The notes under the pieces are model-generated. The model did no database searches. It saw nothing but the letters and a program-made list of their open reading frames with translations, and was not told the origin of the DNA. From Sediminitomix flava (GTDB lineage Bacteria > Bacteroidota > Bacteroidia > Cytophagales > Flammeovirgaceae): a stretch of DNA of 64,000 bases. Positions within the stretch are counted from its first letter, which is position 1. Every line of letters begins with the position of its first letter. Below are positions 28,640 to 37,800 of the stretch, piece after piece. The stretch lies in NCBI RefSeq assembly GCF_003149185.1, contig NZ_QGDO01000003.1:576379-640378 (forward strand), given 5' to 3'. Position numbers and translations under genes: made by a program.

Positions 28640-29167
28640 ATGATGAGAAACTTAAAATATATTATTTCTCTTTTGGTCTTGTCGAGCTGTTTGGGTTATC
28701 CTAAAACTGTAGAGCCTGTAAAAGATTTTGAATTGGATAGTTATTTAGGAACATGGTACGAGGTGGCACGATTGGATCACTCTTTCGAGCGAGGTTTGGA
28801 ACAAGTATCCGCTACGTATTCTATGCGATCGGATGGAGGTGTAAAAGTTTTGAATAAAGGTTTTGATACTGAAAAAGGAGAGTGGTCAGATGCAGAAGGG
28901 AAAGCCTTTTTCGTCAGAGAAAAAGATGAAGCTTATCTAAAAGTATCTTTTTTCGGTCCTTTTTATGGCAGTTATGTTGTGTTCGAATTGGATAAAAAGA
29001 ATTATCAGTATGCTTTTATTTCTGGTGATAGTGAAAAGTATTTATGGTTCCTTTCTCGTACACCAGTAGTCAGTGATGAGTTGAAAAATCATTTTATTGA
29101 AAAAGCAAAAAGCTTAGGGTTTCCTACCGATCAATTGATATTTGTAAATCAAATTCCGAAAGATTAA
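28640..29167 (+). CDS. blc: Bacterial lipocalin (Blc-like outer-membrane lipoprotein)
   Basis: Lipoprotein signal (SSC) and lipocalin SCR1 motif LDSYLGTWYEVARLDHSFE. Confidence 0.8.
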   Translation: MMRNLKYIISLLVLSSCLGYPKTVEPVKDFELDSYLGTWYEVARLDHSFERGLEQVSATYSMRSDGGVKVLNKGFDTEKGEWSDAEGKAFFVREKDEAYLKVSFFGPFYGSYVVFELDKKNYQYAFISGDSEKYLWFLSRTPVVSDELKNHFIEKAKSLGFPTDQLIFVNQIPKD

Positions 29168-30783
29168 TCTATAGCTTTCCATTCTAAATAAATAAACTTC
29201 GCGGACTTGAAATTTGGAGGACATACAAGTTTGGTCAATAATCCTTTCTGAAAAACAAAAGCACTCATCGCACTAAGGTCTACTTGATGGGCTAATGTAT
29301 TCGAACTAATCAACTCAATTTCTTTAGGACTTAATTTATTCAGATGTGATCGGTGAAAAACATTTAAACCAGTGAAAGTATCATAGTACTGATGGAAGCA
29401 AATAAGTAGTCCTAGCGTTTGAACTGTGGAGTCATCACATTCTATTTTTTTCATTAAAGAATGAAAAGGAATATGTGTTTTTATCTCTGTTGAGAAATTC
29501 TGATTCCAAGGAATGATTTGCCCTTTTTCAAGCTCAAAATAGAAGGCGTCTGTAAGTGTTTTTGTTCCTAAAATATGAGCTGAAATATTGGTCAAATTCT
29601 GATTAAAGATATCAATTTGTAGTTCTTTACTTAGTTCGTTTTTGTATTCAATATGATTTGAAATCTGATTTAGAATTTTGTTTCGTTCCGTTTCTGTATA
29701 AATAGGTGGAAGTAACGCGCCTCCTCTATAACTCATTTTTCGATACAGATTAACCATGATTTTTTCATTGATATCATTATCGTAGGCAGACATGGCTGTC
29801 TTCATCCTAAATCTGATATTCTCTCTGAGCCGTTTTGGACTAATGACTTTTACGCCATCTCCAAAGCCAAGAATATCTTTTTCCAACTCGAAATTATGTT
29901 GCACTTTCAGCGAAATGATGATTCCAAACTGATTTTGTTCCTCTAACTTTTGTGACGCATGAAATGGCTTTGTAAGTACATAGGGAGCATGTTTTTGAGT
30001 GACAAATAATCTCACATCTTCTCCTTTCTGATTGGGATTGACGGTCACACCAATGGTATCCTTGAAATACGACTGCGGATCAAAATCGGGGCTTTCCGTA
30101 TATGGCTGTTCACTTGCTTTTATATCAAGAATTCGATCAAGTGCCAAATTGAAAATACCTTTGTTTCCTCCCAATTTCCCGATAATAAACCATCTATTTC
30201 TAAACTCTTTCAAAAGGTATGGAGACATATGAAAGTCTTTCGGGTATCGAGACTTGAAAGATTGATAGTTTAGCGTGATTGTTCGTTTTTGAGTAATGGC
30301 TTTGTATAAAGGGTCAAGCCATTTTAATCCTTTCAAATTTTCATTCTTCTCAAAGTCAATCACAGATGCTGTCTGATTCTTCTGAGAGTAAATGTGGTCT
30401 TCCAATTTTTGCACCATTCCGTCCAATTCTCTGAAATGTGAAAAACCTTGGAACTGTTTCATAAACTCTATGGCTTCTAAAAGCTTTCCTAGATCTTGTT
30501 GAGAGATGGGAATATTTGTAATACTATAGTTAGCATCTTCATACTGATAATACTTCTTCTCCTTAACTATAATTGGTGCATTATAGCCCAGTTTATCACT
30601 ACGCATCATCTGAATATCAGATTGTATGGTGCGTTTACTTATACCTTTGTCAATTCCTTCATATTCGTATAAAGCTTCCGAACAAGCCTCAATCAAATCT
30701 TCTAAAGTCCATTTTCTGAAGTTGTTTTGCAGACATTGGTCAATGGTTTTGTAGCGTATTAAAGCGTTTCTATTTACTGGCAT
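29164..30783 (-). CDS. WYL-domain transcriptional regulator with an extra ~230-aa C-terminal domain
   Basis: N-terminal wHTH (MPVNRNALIRYKTIDQCL...) and WYL domain (ITLNYQSFKSRYPKDFHMSPYLLKEFRNRWFIIG). The start is placed at the internal ATG (30783); the ORF extends to 30852. Confidence 0.7.
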   Translation of the reverse strand: MPVNRNALIRYKTIDQCLQNNFRKWTLEDLIEACSEALYEYEGIDKGISKRTIQSDIQMMRSDKLGYNAPIIVKEKKYYQYEDANYSITNIPISQQDLGKLLEAIEFMKQFQGFSHFRELDGMVQKLEDHIYSQKNQTASVIDFEKNENLKGLKWLDPLYKAITQKRTITLNYQSFKSRYPKDFHMSPYLLKEFRNRWFIIGKLGGNKGIFNLALDRILDIKASEQPYTESPDFDPQSYFKDTIGVTVNPNQKGEDVRLFVTQKHAPYVLTKPFHASQKLEEQNQFGIIISLKVQHNFELEKDILGFGDGVKVISPKRLRENIRFRMKTAMSAYDNDINEKIMVNLYRKMSYRGGALLPPIYTETERNKILNQISNHIEYKNELSKELQIDIFNQNLTNISAHILGTKTLTDAFYFELEKGQIIPWNQNFSTEIKTHIPFHSLMKKIECDDSTVQTLGLLICFHQYYDTFTGLNVFHRSHLNKLSPKEIELISSNTLAHQVDLSAMSAFVFQKGLLTKLVCPPNFKSAKFIYLEWKAID

Positions 30784-30959
30784 CTCAAAAAATTTTGAGA
30801 AAAATAGGAAATATTTTCTTCTACGCAAAAAGACTGCGCAGTAGGTGTTCACCTTTGAATTGTAAGTTAAACGGAAGGTAGTTTCAGAAGGGCTACACGG
30901 TGTTTGAGCAATCGCAAAAAATATACTGTCTGTTTAGTTTACTAGCAATAAGGTTCTCT

Positions 30960-31145
30960 GAGATAGAGGTTCGAATCCTCTCCTTTAAGGTGGTGCAAGG
31001 GTGAGCACGCAGAGGTTTTGCACTGTTTACGGAGGTTCGAATCCTCCCTTCGAAAGAAGTAGCATAGGGGTTAATGCACAGTTACACGTTTGTTGTCGGT
31101 TCGAATCCGACCTGTTTAAATACAGTAGTTCAATTGGCAGAACAA
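30960..31145 (+). ncRNA. Cluster of tRNA-like elements: three tandem T-arm motifs plus D-arm-like hairpins (pseudo-tRNAs / tRNA-like ncRNA)
   Basis: GGTTCGAATCC within 5-bp stems at ~30965-30981, 31031-31047 and 31095-31111. D-arm-like hairpins occur at 30993-31008, 31062-31077 and 31128-31143. Unit 2 (30984-31055) has acceptor, D and T arms but an unpaired anticodon arm. Confidence 0.35.
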
Positions 31146-31450
31146 TTTCCGAAGTCTGTTTCGCTTCTAAAACTGAAACACCATAAGGTAAGTACTCTTA
31201 GTACATGGCAGATAAGCTAGACTTAGATGCACATTGACCAGTACTTTGAGCAGTAAAGGATACCGTTAGTTGTATTTGATGAGATGAAATTATGTATCAA
31301 TTGCTTTTTTAAACTCATAAGATTTTTTGATGCAATGATAGCATGAGTTCATCTTTTTTAAACAGCAAACTCAATGGATGCCCGTATTCGGCAATGATGT
31401 ATTAAGAGGCTTACTCTTTTTTTATAGAGAACAATAACCAATACATAAAA

Positions 31451-32551
31451 ATGAAAAAGGTAAGAATAAACAAAGGGAAAATAGGTCTCGTTTACCGAGC
31501 GAAGGATTTGAACAGAGTAATATTAGACGGAGTCTATTGGCTTTCACCATTTGAACAAGTTGAAATCTTGGAGATGGAAGGTGCTTTTAAGCCTAGCCGA
31601 AATTTAAATCTTTACTTAGTTCATGAAGATTTATCTGAGCATTTGGATGTGATAGAAATCAAAGATCAAGAAATCGCTTTACGATATGAAAATGGAGTTT
31701 TCAAAGAAGTTTTGAGCACGACAGGTAAGCATGCTTATTGGAAAGGATTAAACTCTAATAGTTTTATCAAACAGAAGATTTCTGATGTAGAAATTCCATC
31801 TGATTTTGATCTAAATAAATTAAGCTTGGCTGGTGTATTTCCATTTGTACGTTCATTTCATATTGATACTTTCGAGAAAGGGTTACTTTATGTTGATGGC
31901 GATTTCTACAAAGAATTAGGTGCAGGTTATCACTATTTTTGGAAGAATGCACACAACATATCTTTACGAAAAGTGGATTTGCGTGAGCGCCAACAAGAGA
32001 TTGTTGGGCAAGAGATATTGACCAAAGATAAAGCTGCTTTACGCATCAATTTTACAGCACAATTCAAAGTAACAGATATCCGAAAAGCGTTAGAGGATAA
32101 TCAAGACTATGAGAAACAATTATATGTTTTGACGCAATTGGCTTTGAGAGCTTTTGTTGGTTCTTTGACTTTGGATGAGCTTTTGGAAAGAAAAGAAAGT
32201 ATATCGAAAGAGGTATTAGATAGCTTGAAAGAGAAAGTCTCAGACTTGGGTGTCTCATTGATTGATGCTGGAATAAAGGATATTATTTTGCCGGGTGAAG
32301 TGAAAGAAATCATGAAGCAAGTTTTGGTAGCTCAGAAACAAGCTCAGGCAAATATTATCACTCGAAGAGAGGAAACAGCTTCTACCCGAAGCTTATTGAA
32401 TACCGCAAAATTGATGGAAGACAATCAAATGCTCTTCAAATTGAAAGAGATGGAATACATTGAGAAGATCGCAGATAAGATCAATACTATTTCCGTCTCT
32501 GGAGGGAATCAGGTCGTAGACCAATTAAGAGACTTGTTTATCAGAAATTAG
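31451..32551 (+). CDS. SPFH/band-7 domain protein
   Basis: Band-7 core (ILTKDKAALRINFTAQFKVTD...) and a C-terminal coiled-coil typical of the stomatin/HflKC superfamily. Confidence 0.65.
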   Translation: MKKVRINKGKIGLVYRAKDLNRVILDGVYWLSPFEQVEILEMEGAFKPSRNLNLYLVHEDLSEHLDVIEIKDQEIALRYENGVFKEVLSTTGKHAYWKGLNSNSFIKQKISDVEIPSDFDLNKLSLAGVFPFVRSFHIDTFEKGLLYVDGDFYKELGAGYHYFWKNAHNISLRKVDLRERQQEIVGQEILTKDKAALRINFTAQFKVTDIRKALEDNQDYEKQLYVLTQLALRAFVGSLTLDELLERKESISKEVLDSLKEKVSDLGVSLIDAGIKDIILPGEVKEIMKQVLVAQKQAQANIITRREETASTRSLLNTAKLMEDNQMLFKLKEMEYIEKIADKINTISVSGGNQVVDQLRDLFIRN

Positions 32552-32559
32552 AAAAAGCA

Positions 32560-33333
32560 ATGAAAGAACAGATCAATAAAGTATTTGAAGGGAGGGAGGA
32601 AATCCCTCTTTTCTATATCGAAAGTGGAAGTCGACTTTGGAATATAGCAAGTCCCGATAGCGATTATGATGTTCGAGGTATTCACCTTCAATCTATAGCT
32701 CAAAAGTATGATTTTCAGAAACACAGAGATGTGATTGAAGTAATGGATGGTGACTTCGATTTTGTCTCTTATGATTTAGATAAGTTTCTGAATTTACTTT
32801 TAGATGGTAATGCTACCATATTGGAATGGTTCCGATCTGACATCATTTATTTCTCAGATATAAAAAACTTTGAAGCATATCAGTTGAAGATTTTAGATCA
32901 TGTCAATTTTAAGTCCATATTCTATCATTATATATCTTTGGCAAAGAAGCATTATCAACTTTTAGAAAGTGGAAAGAAGTTTACATACAAAGTGATCTTT
33001 TACTGTATTCGAGCTTTGTTATCTGCTGATTTAGCTGCTCAAAATAGATTAGCAGAATTGGATATTGAAAAGCTCTTTTCTCAATTTGACGAAGAAAATG
33101 AGGTGATTGTCCTTGCAAAATCTTGTTTAGATCAGAAACGAGCAGGAAATGAAAAGCAGTATGTTGAAGAAGAAAAACGAGAGCATATTCTTAGGGTGTT
33201 AAATGTATATAGAGAACGCTTACTGTTGAATCTTCCAAATGAGAATCACAATAAAGAGAAGCTTCGAGAGCTTTTAAGAGCATTTGCTTTTGAAGTTAAA
33301 TCAAGTTTTTACCATAAAGCAGAAATTGCTTGA
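32560..33333 (+). CDS. Predicted nucleotidyltransferase (PF10127/RlaP-like, RtcB-associated)
   Basis: N-terminal GSRLWNIASPDSDYDVRG (a GS...D.D pol-beta-like NTase motif); immediately upstream of RtcB. Confidence 0.5.
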   Translation: MKEQINKVFEGREEIPLFYIESGSRLWNIASPDSDYDVRGIHLQSIAQKYDFQKHRDVIEVMDGDFDFVSYDLDKFLNLLLDGNATILEWFRSDIIYFSDIKNFEAYQLKILDHVNFKSIFYHYISLAKKHYQLLESGKKFTYKVIFYCIRALLSADLAAQNRLAELDIEKLFSQFDEENEVIVLAKSCLDQKRAGNEKQYVEEEKREHILRVLNVYRERLLLNLPNENHNKEKLRELLRAFAFEVKSSFYHKAEIA

Positions 33334-33371
33334 ACGGTAAATGATTTTTTAAACGATTAAAGAATTAAGAA

Positions 33372-34778
33372 ATGAAATATACATCTAAAGATATTATTTC
33401 AATTGGCTTTGAAGGAAAAGCGATTAGTTTGGCTTTAGAATACATGAGTCAAATAGCAGAAGAAGATGTAGCCGATGCCCTTGATACCTTAAAGCTATTA
33501 CATACGGATGTTACACTTTTTGTTGAACATCCCGATTTGAAGGATTTGGCAAATTGTCTTCTAGATAAAAAAGAAGCTCCTCAGCCAATTGAAATCTTAG
33601 ATCAAGCTTTACCCTATGAGATTTATGGGGCTAATGGAATAGAAGATGGGGCTTTAAACCAAATGGAAACAGTCATGAAATTACCCGTGGCGAGAAAGGG
33701 AGCTTTGATGCCCGATGCTCATCAAGGGTATGGCTTACCAATTGGTGGTGTTTTAGCGACTGAAAGTTCAATCATTCCTTATGCAGTGGGTGTAGATATT
33801 GGTTGTAGAATGTGTATGAGTATTTTTGATCTTCCAGTTTCTATGTTAGAAGATCGAAAAGGAGAGCTGAAAACGATTTTGAATAATGAAACTCGATTTG
33901 GGAGAGATACTTTCAGAAATCCTATAGATCATGAAATTTTGGCGAGTCCTCTTTTTAATGAAATTGATATCGTCAAAAAGTTGAAAGATAGAGCTGCTAA
34001 ACAAATCGGTTCTTCGGGTGGCGGAAATCACTTTGTGGAGTTTGGAATTACTGAAATTCACGAAGATGATCATGAATTGGGTTTGAAAAAAGGGAAATAT
34101 TTGGCACTGCTTTCACATTCGGGTTCGAGAGGATTAGGTGCTACTATTGCCAATCATTACACCAAAATAGCCATGAATCAATGTCTTTTACCAAAAGAAG
34201 CAAAACATCTGGCTTGGTTAGATTTGAATAAAGAAGAAGGACAAGAGTATTGGCTTGTTATGAATTTGGCAGGGGATTACGCCTCGGCTTGTCATCATCA
34301 AATTCATGATCGAATAGCAAAAGTATTGAATGAAAAACCTCTCGCTATGTTAGAAAATCATCACAATTTTGCTTGGAAGGAAGTCGATCAGAATGGGAAA
34401 GAATATATTGTTCATCGGAAAGGAGCGACACCAGCTGGAGAAGGCGTTTTAGGTGTTATTCCTGGTTCTATGACTGCGCCCGGTTTTATTGTTCGAGGAA
34501 AAGGAAATCCACTTTCGGTAGATTCGGCAGCACATGGAGCAGGGCGTCAGATGTCAAGAACTGCGGCTAAAAAGACCTTGCAGAAAAGTGATGTGATTCA
34601 GCATTTGAATGATCACGGAATTGAATTACTCGGAGCAGGACTCGATGAAGCACCTATGGCTTACAAGGATATTCATTCGGTAATGGAGCACCAAAAAGAT
34701 TTGGTGGATATCGTCGGTACATTTCTACCTAAAGTGGTCAGAATGTGTGGCGATTCTAGCTTTAAAGAAGTAGATTGA
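33372..34778 (+). CDS. rtcB: RNA-splicing ligase RtcB (3'-phosphate/5'-hydroxyl RNA ligase)
   Basis: All RtcB metal/GTP motifs are present: MPDAHQGYG, GGGNHF, HSGSRGLG, ENHHNFAWKE and HRKGATPA. Confidence 0.85.
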   Translation: MKYTSKDIISIGFEGKAISLALEYMSQIAEEDVADALDTLKLLHTDVTLFVEHPDLKDLANCLLDKKEAPQPIEILDQALPYEIYGANGIEDGALNQMETVMKLPVARKGALMPDAHQGYGLPIGGVLATESSIIPYAVGVDIGCRMCMSIFDLPVSMLEDRKGELKTILNNETRFGRDTFRNPIDHEILASPLFNEIDIVKKLKDRAAKQIGSSGGGNHFVEFGITEIHEDDHELGLKKGKYLALLSHSGSRGLGATIANHYTKIAMNQCLLPKEAKHLAWLDLNKEEGQEYWLVMNLAGDYASACHHQIHDRIAKVLNEKPLAMLENHHNFAWKEVDQNGKEYIVHRKGATPAGEGVLGVIPGSMTAPGFIVRGKGNPLSVDSAAHGAGRQMSRTAAKKTLQKSDVIQHLNDHGIELLGAGLDEAPMAYKDIHSVMEHQKDLVDIVGTFLPKVVRMCGDSSFKEVD

Positions 34779-34786
34779 TGAAGAAA

Positions 34787-34816
34787 GTCTGTGCACAAGA
34801 AACACAGGCTTTTTTT
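34787..34816 (+). terminator. Rho-independent terminator after rtcB
   Basis: 7-bp stem gtctgtg/cacaggc (one G.U pair) with a 9-nt loop, followed by T7. Confidence 0.55.
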
Positions 34817-34852
34817 CATTTATAGGATAATAGGGAGTTAAAGTTTTTAACT

Positions 34853-37800
34853 TTGTACCTTCAAAAGTTTCAAAACAGACTTCCAAAAATTCTCATGATT
34901 ACGAATTCTTTACTTGATAGCTATACTGACTTTGAACAAAAAATTCAAAGATACCCAGAAGATCAACAACTCAAGCTTGTCACGCTAATGTTGTATGTGG
35001 GCTATTCGGGAGAGTCTATTCAGACCATCAAAAGGGATTTTTATAGAGTGATAGAAGTATCTCAAGCGTTCAATCAATCCGAATTGAATCTGTTACTCGA
35101 AGAAGTGTTTGTCTGTAAATTTTTAGATGATGAATCTTTCCAGTTTCAACGTATTTATAAAGTAGATTCTGCTGATCTTTTTGTGAGTTGTGCACACTAT
35201 TTCTTTTTTACCTTAAATCAGCATTCTCTTTTTGAAACTTACCAATCCAATCTGAGTGCAAAACAAAGCAGTAAGTATAATTCATATTGGAATGAGCGAG
35301 TGAAACAAGATAATATCATTCGTGACTTCTTTATAGATCAGCCAATTTCTGAAAGGCTTGTTCAGCTTAGTTATCTGTTAGCTACAGTTGAGTTTTCTCA
35401 ATCTCCAATTGCTGCAGATTTAGTTTTGAGTTTTGTAGCTCTCTGCCAACTGAAAAAATGTTTTCCATCTTTCTTAATTGAAGATGATTACAATTTGAAT
35501 CAGATCACTCAACTTTTATTGAAGGAGCTTTATCATGGAAAGTTAGCATTGGAGAGGCTCACAAACTGTTTAACTACGCTTTACGAATTGACTTCTAGCG
35601 AAAGATTTCTAATGCTAAAGTCACTCTTAAATCATCAGTTTAAAGGGAAAGAGTTTGCTATAAAAAATGAGCTTAAGTCCGATTTTTATCAAAGACTAAT
35701 TCCATATGCTAACCTTATAAATCATAAGAATAGTGAAGTCCTAAAGAATTTTTTGTCAGAAAGTGGAATCGCTGATCTTTCCAAAGAAGCGAAGAAGAAA
35801 TCGTCTAAGAATTGGAAGTTACTTTCTCAGCAAAAGGAAGTATTGTTGGTGTTTTTTCTACTTCGAGAAGAATATACGCACAGAGACTTTTTATTCAACA
35901 GATATAAATTTCTCCTCAAATCAAATACCACTCAAATCCTTTTTTACGAACATCTGATTGATCTTCTTATTCTTTTTAAAACAGAAATAGATGTCGATTG
36001 TAAAAATTACAAAGAGGATGTATTGAGCTATTGGAAAAGCTATTTCGATGATGCTTTCAAACAGCTTTCCCCTCTTTCGTTTCCAATCATTTTATTTCTG
36101 CTCAAAGAAGTTTTCAAAAATGAGTTTTATGTCACTGATGAAATTGTTGAACAACTCAATTTCAGAGCTTCAAGTTATCATCGAAAAGGGTTGAATTGGT
36201 ATGCTTCTATAACCGCAGAACTCTGTGTGCGATTTAACGATGAATGGCTGCAACCTCAGTTTGAAAGAATGCTTGTAGAAGATGGGTTTCAGTTGAAAAA
36301 TATCTTTGAGCAAGAAGACCCGAACGATTGGAAAGCTTTAGTGGCCAAAATGGAAAAACTTGCTGACAGGCTTAAAGAAATTGATGAGGAAAAGAAAGAA
36401 CAAGAGAACGCCACGCAGCATCGTTTGATTTGGGTGGTTTCTCCAAAGTACCTTCAAGTCAAACCCTTTGAGCAGAATCGTTTGAAATCTGGGAAGTGGG
36501 GTAAGCCGAAAAAGATTTCAGATCAGAAGTTAATCTCAAAAGATATAAAAGGGGCTATTGAACTGGATTTTGAAATTCTGAATCATGCATACCAAACCAA
36601 TAAAGGGTATTATGAAGATTATGTAGCCTATGAAGTTCTCGAAGTTTGGAAACGATTGGAAGGACATCCAAATGTTGTTTTGGAAGAAAATATAGATCAG
36701 TCAGTGACGGTGACTAAAGAAGAAATCGAAATATCAGTTGCTGAAAATGGAGATTTCTATGAACTGAATTTTGGACAAGATTTCAATATGAACTTTCCTG
36801 TCAAGCAAGAGAGTACGACACGTTTTACTTATTTCAATGTCGATGAAAAAGTAAAAGAGTGGTTTAGCACCTTTCCACAAGGTGTTCTGATTCCGAAAGA
36901 AGCGAAGAATGAATTGAAAGCAGTTGTAGGACAGTTGAGCAGAAATCTTCATGTGCATTCTAAGGTTGATGAGATCAGAGAAGAGCTTCCCGAAATCTCT
37001 GCTGATACGCAGCTTTATGCTTTGCTTACACCAAAAGGAAATAACATTCAACTGAATTTATATTTCAAGCCTTTTTCTACACAGTTACCTTATGTTGTTC
37101 CGACCAAAGGAAAGGAAGCTTTGATCGAGGATGTGCAACGTGTGCGTACAAGAGCTGTTCGTGATTTTAGAGTAGAAGAGGAAATTATACGAAACTTTTT
37201 TGTCGATAGACCGAATCTTTTCAATACCCATGATGGGCATTTTTCTTGGGAATTGACTGACCGAGTAGAAGCACTGAATGCACTAATGGAATTGCAGTCG
37301 GGAGCTTTCAAAGCAATTATAGAATGGCCAAAAGGAGTGAAGTTTCAGTTATTGGCTTCAGCAGATGTTTCTCAATTGTCGATGTCTGTAAAAATGAAAA
37401 AGACCGATTGGTTTCATTTGGATGGCGAGCTGAAAATCAATGAAGAAATTGTCGTTTCTCTGATGGAACTTCTTTCCAAATACAAAGAAAATCCAAGTTT
37501 ACAGTTTGTAGAGGTTCGGGAAAATCAATTTATCTCTTTGACCAATAAACTGAGAACTCAGTTGGCAGCCTTTGAGAATTTTGCTGAAGACTTTAGGCAG
37601 GGAATTGATATGCATCCTTTAGTGACCTATGGCATTCTTCATGAGTTGAAAGAGAAAATAAATCTTGATGCAGATCAAGCATGGACAGAATTTGAGGATA
37701 GAGTAGAAACAGCTTATGCTACTGAGTTCTCATTACCAAAAAATCTTCAAGCTACCCTAAGAGATTATCAGTTGGACGGTTATCAATGGCTTTCAATACT

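Noticed and set aside
29164-30852. Using the full 562-aa ORF (MNTYCAVFLRRRKYFLFF...) as the WYL regulator
   Set aside because: The first 23 codons are an F/L/R-rich read-through of the upstream AT-rich region. The conserved wHTH begins at the internal Met (MPVNRNALIRYK), so the start was moved to 30783.
30960-31145. Considered calling three bona fide tRNA genes from the GGTTCGAATCC T-arm motifs
   Set aside because: None of the three units yields a complete cloverleaf. Acceptor stems are missing (units 1 and 3), or the anticodon stem cannot pair (unit 2). Units 1 and 2 overlap in their acceptor segments. They are kept as tRNA-like elements at low confidence.
31001-31186. 61-aa ORF overlapping the tRNA-like region
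   Set aside because: It sits on structured RNA-like sequence with no convincing translation context; it is most likely a spurious ORF.
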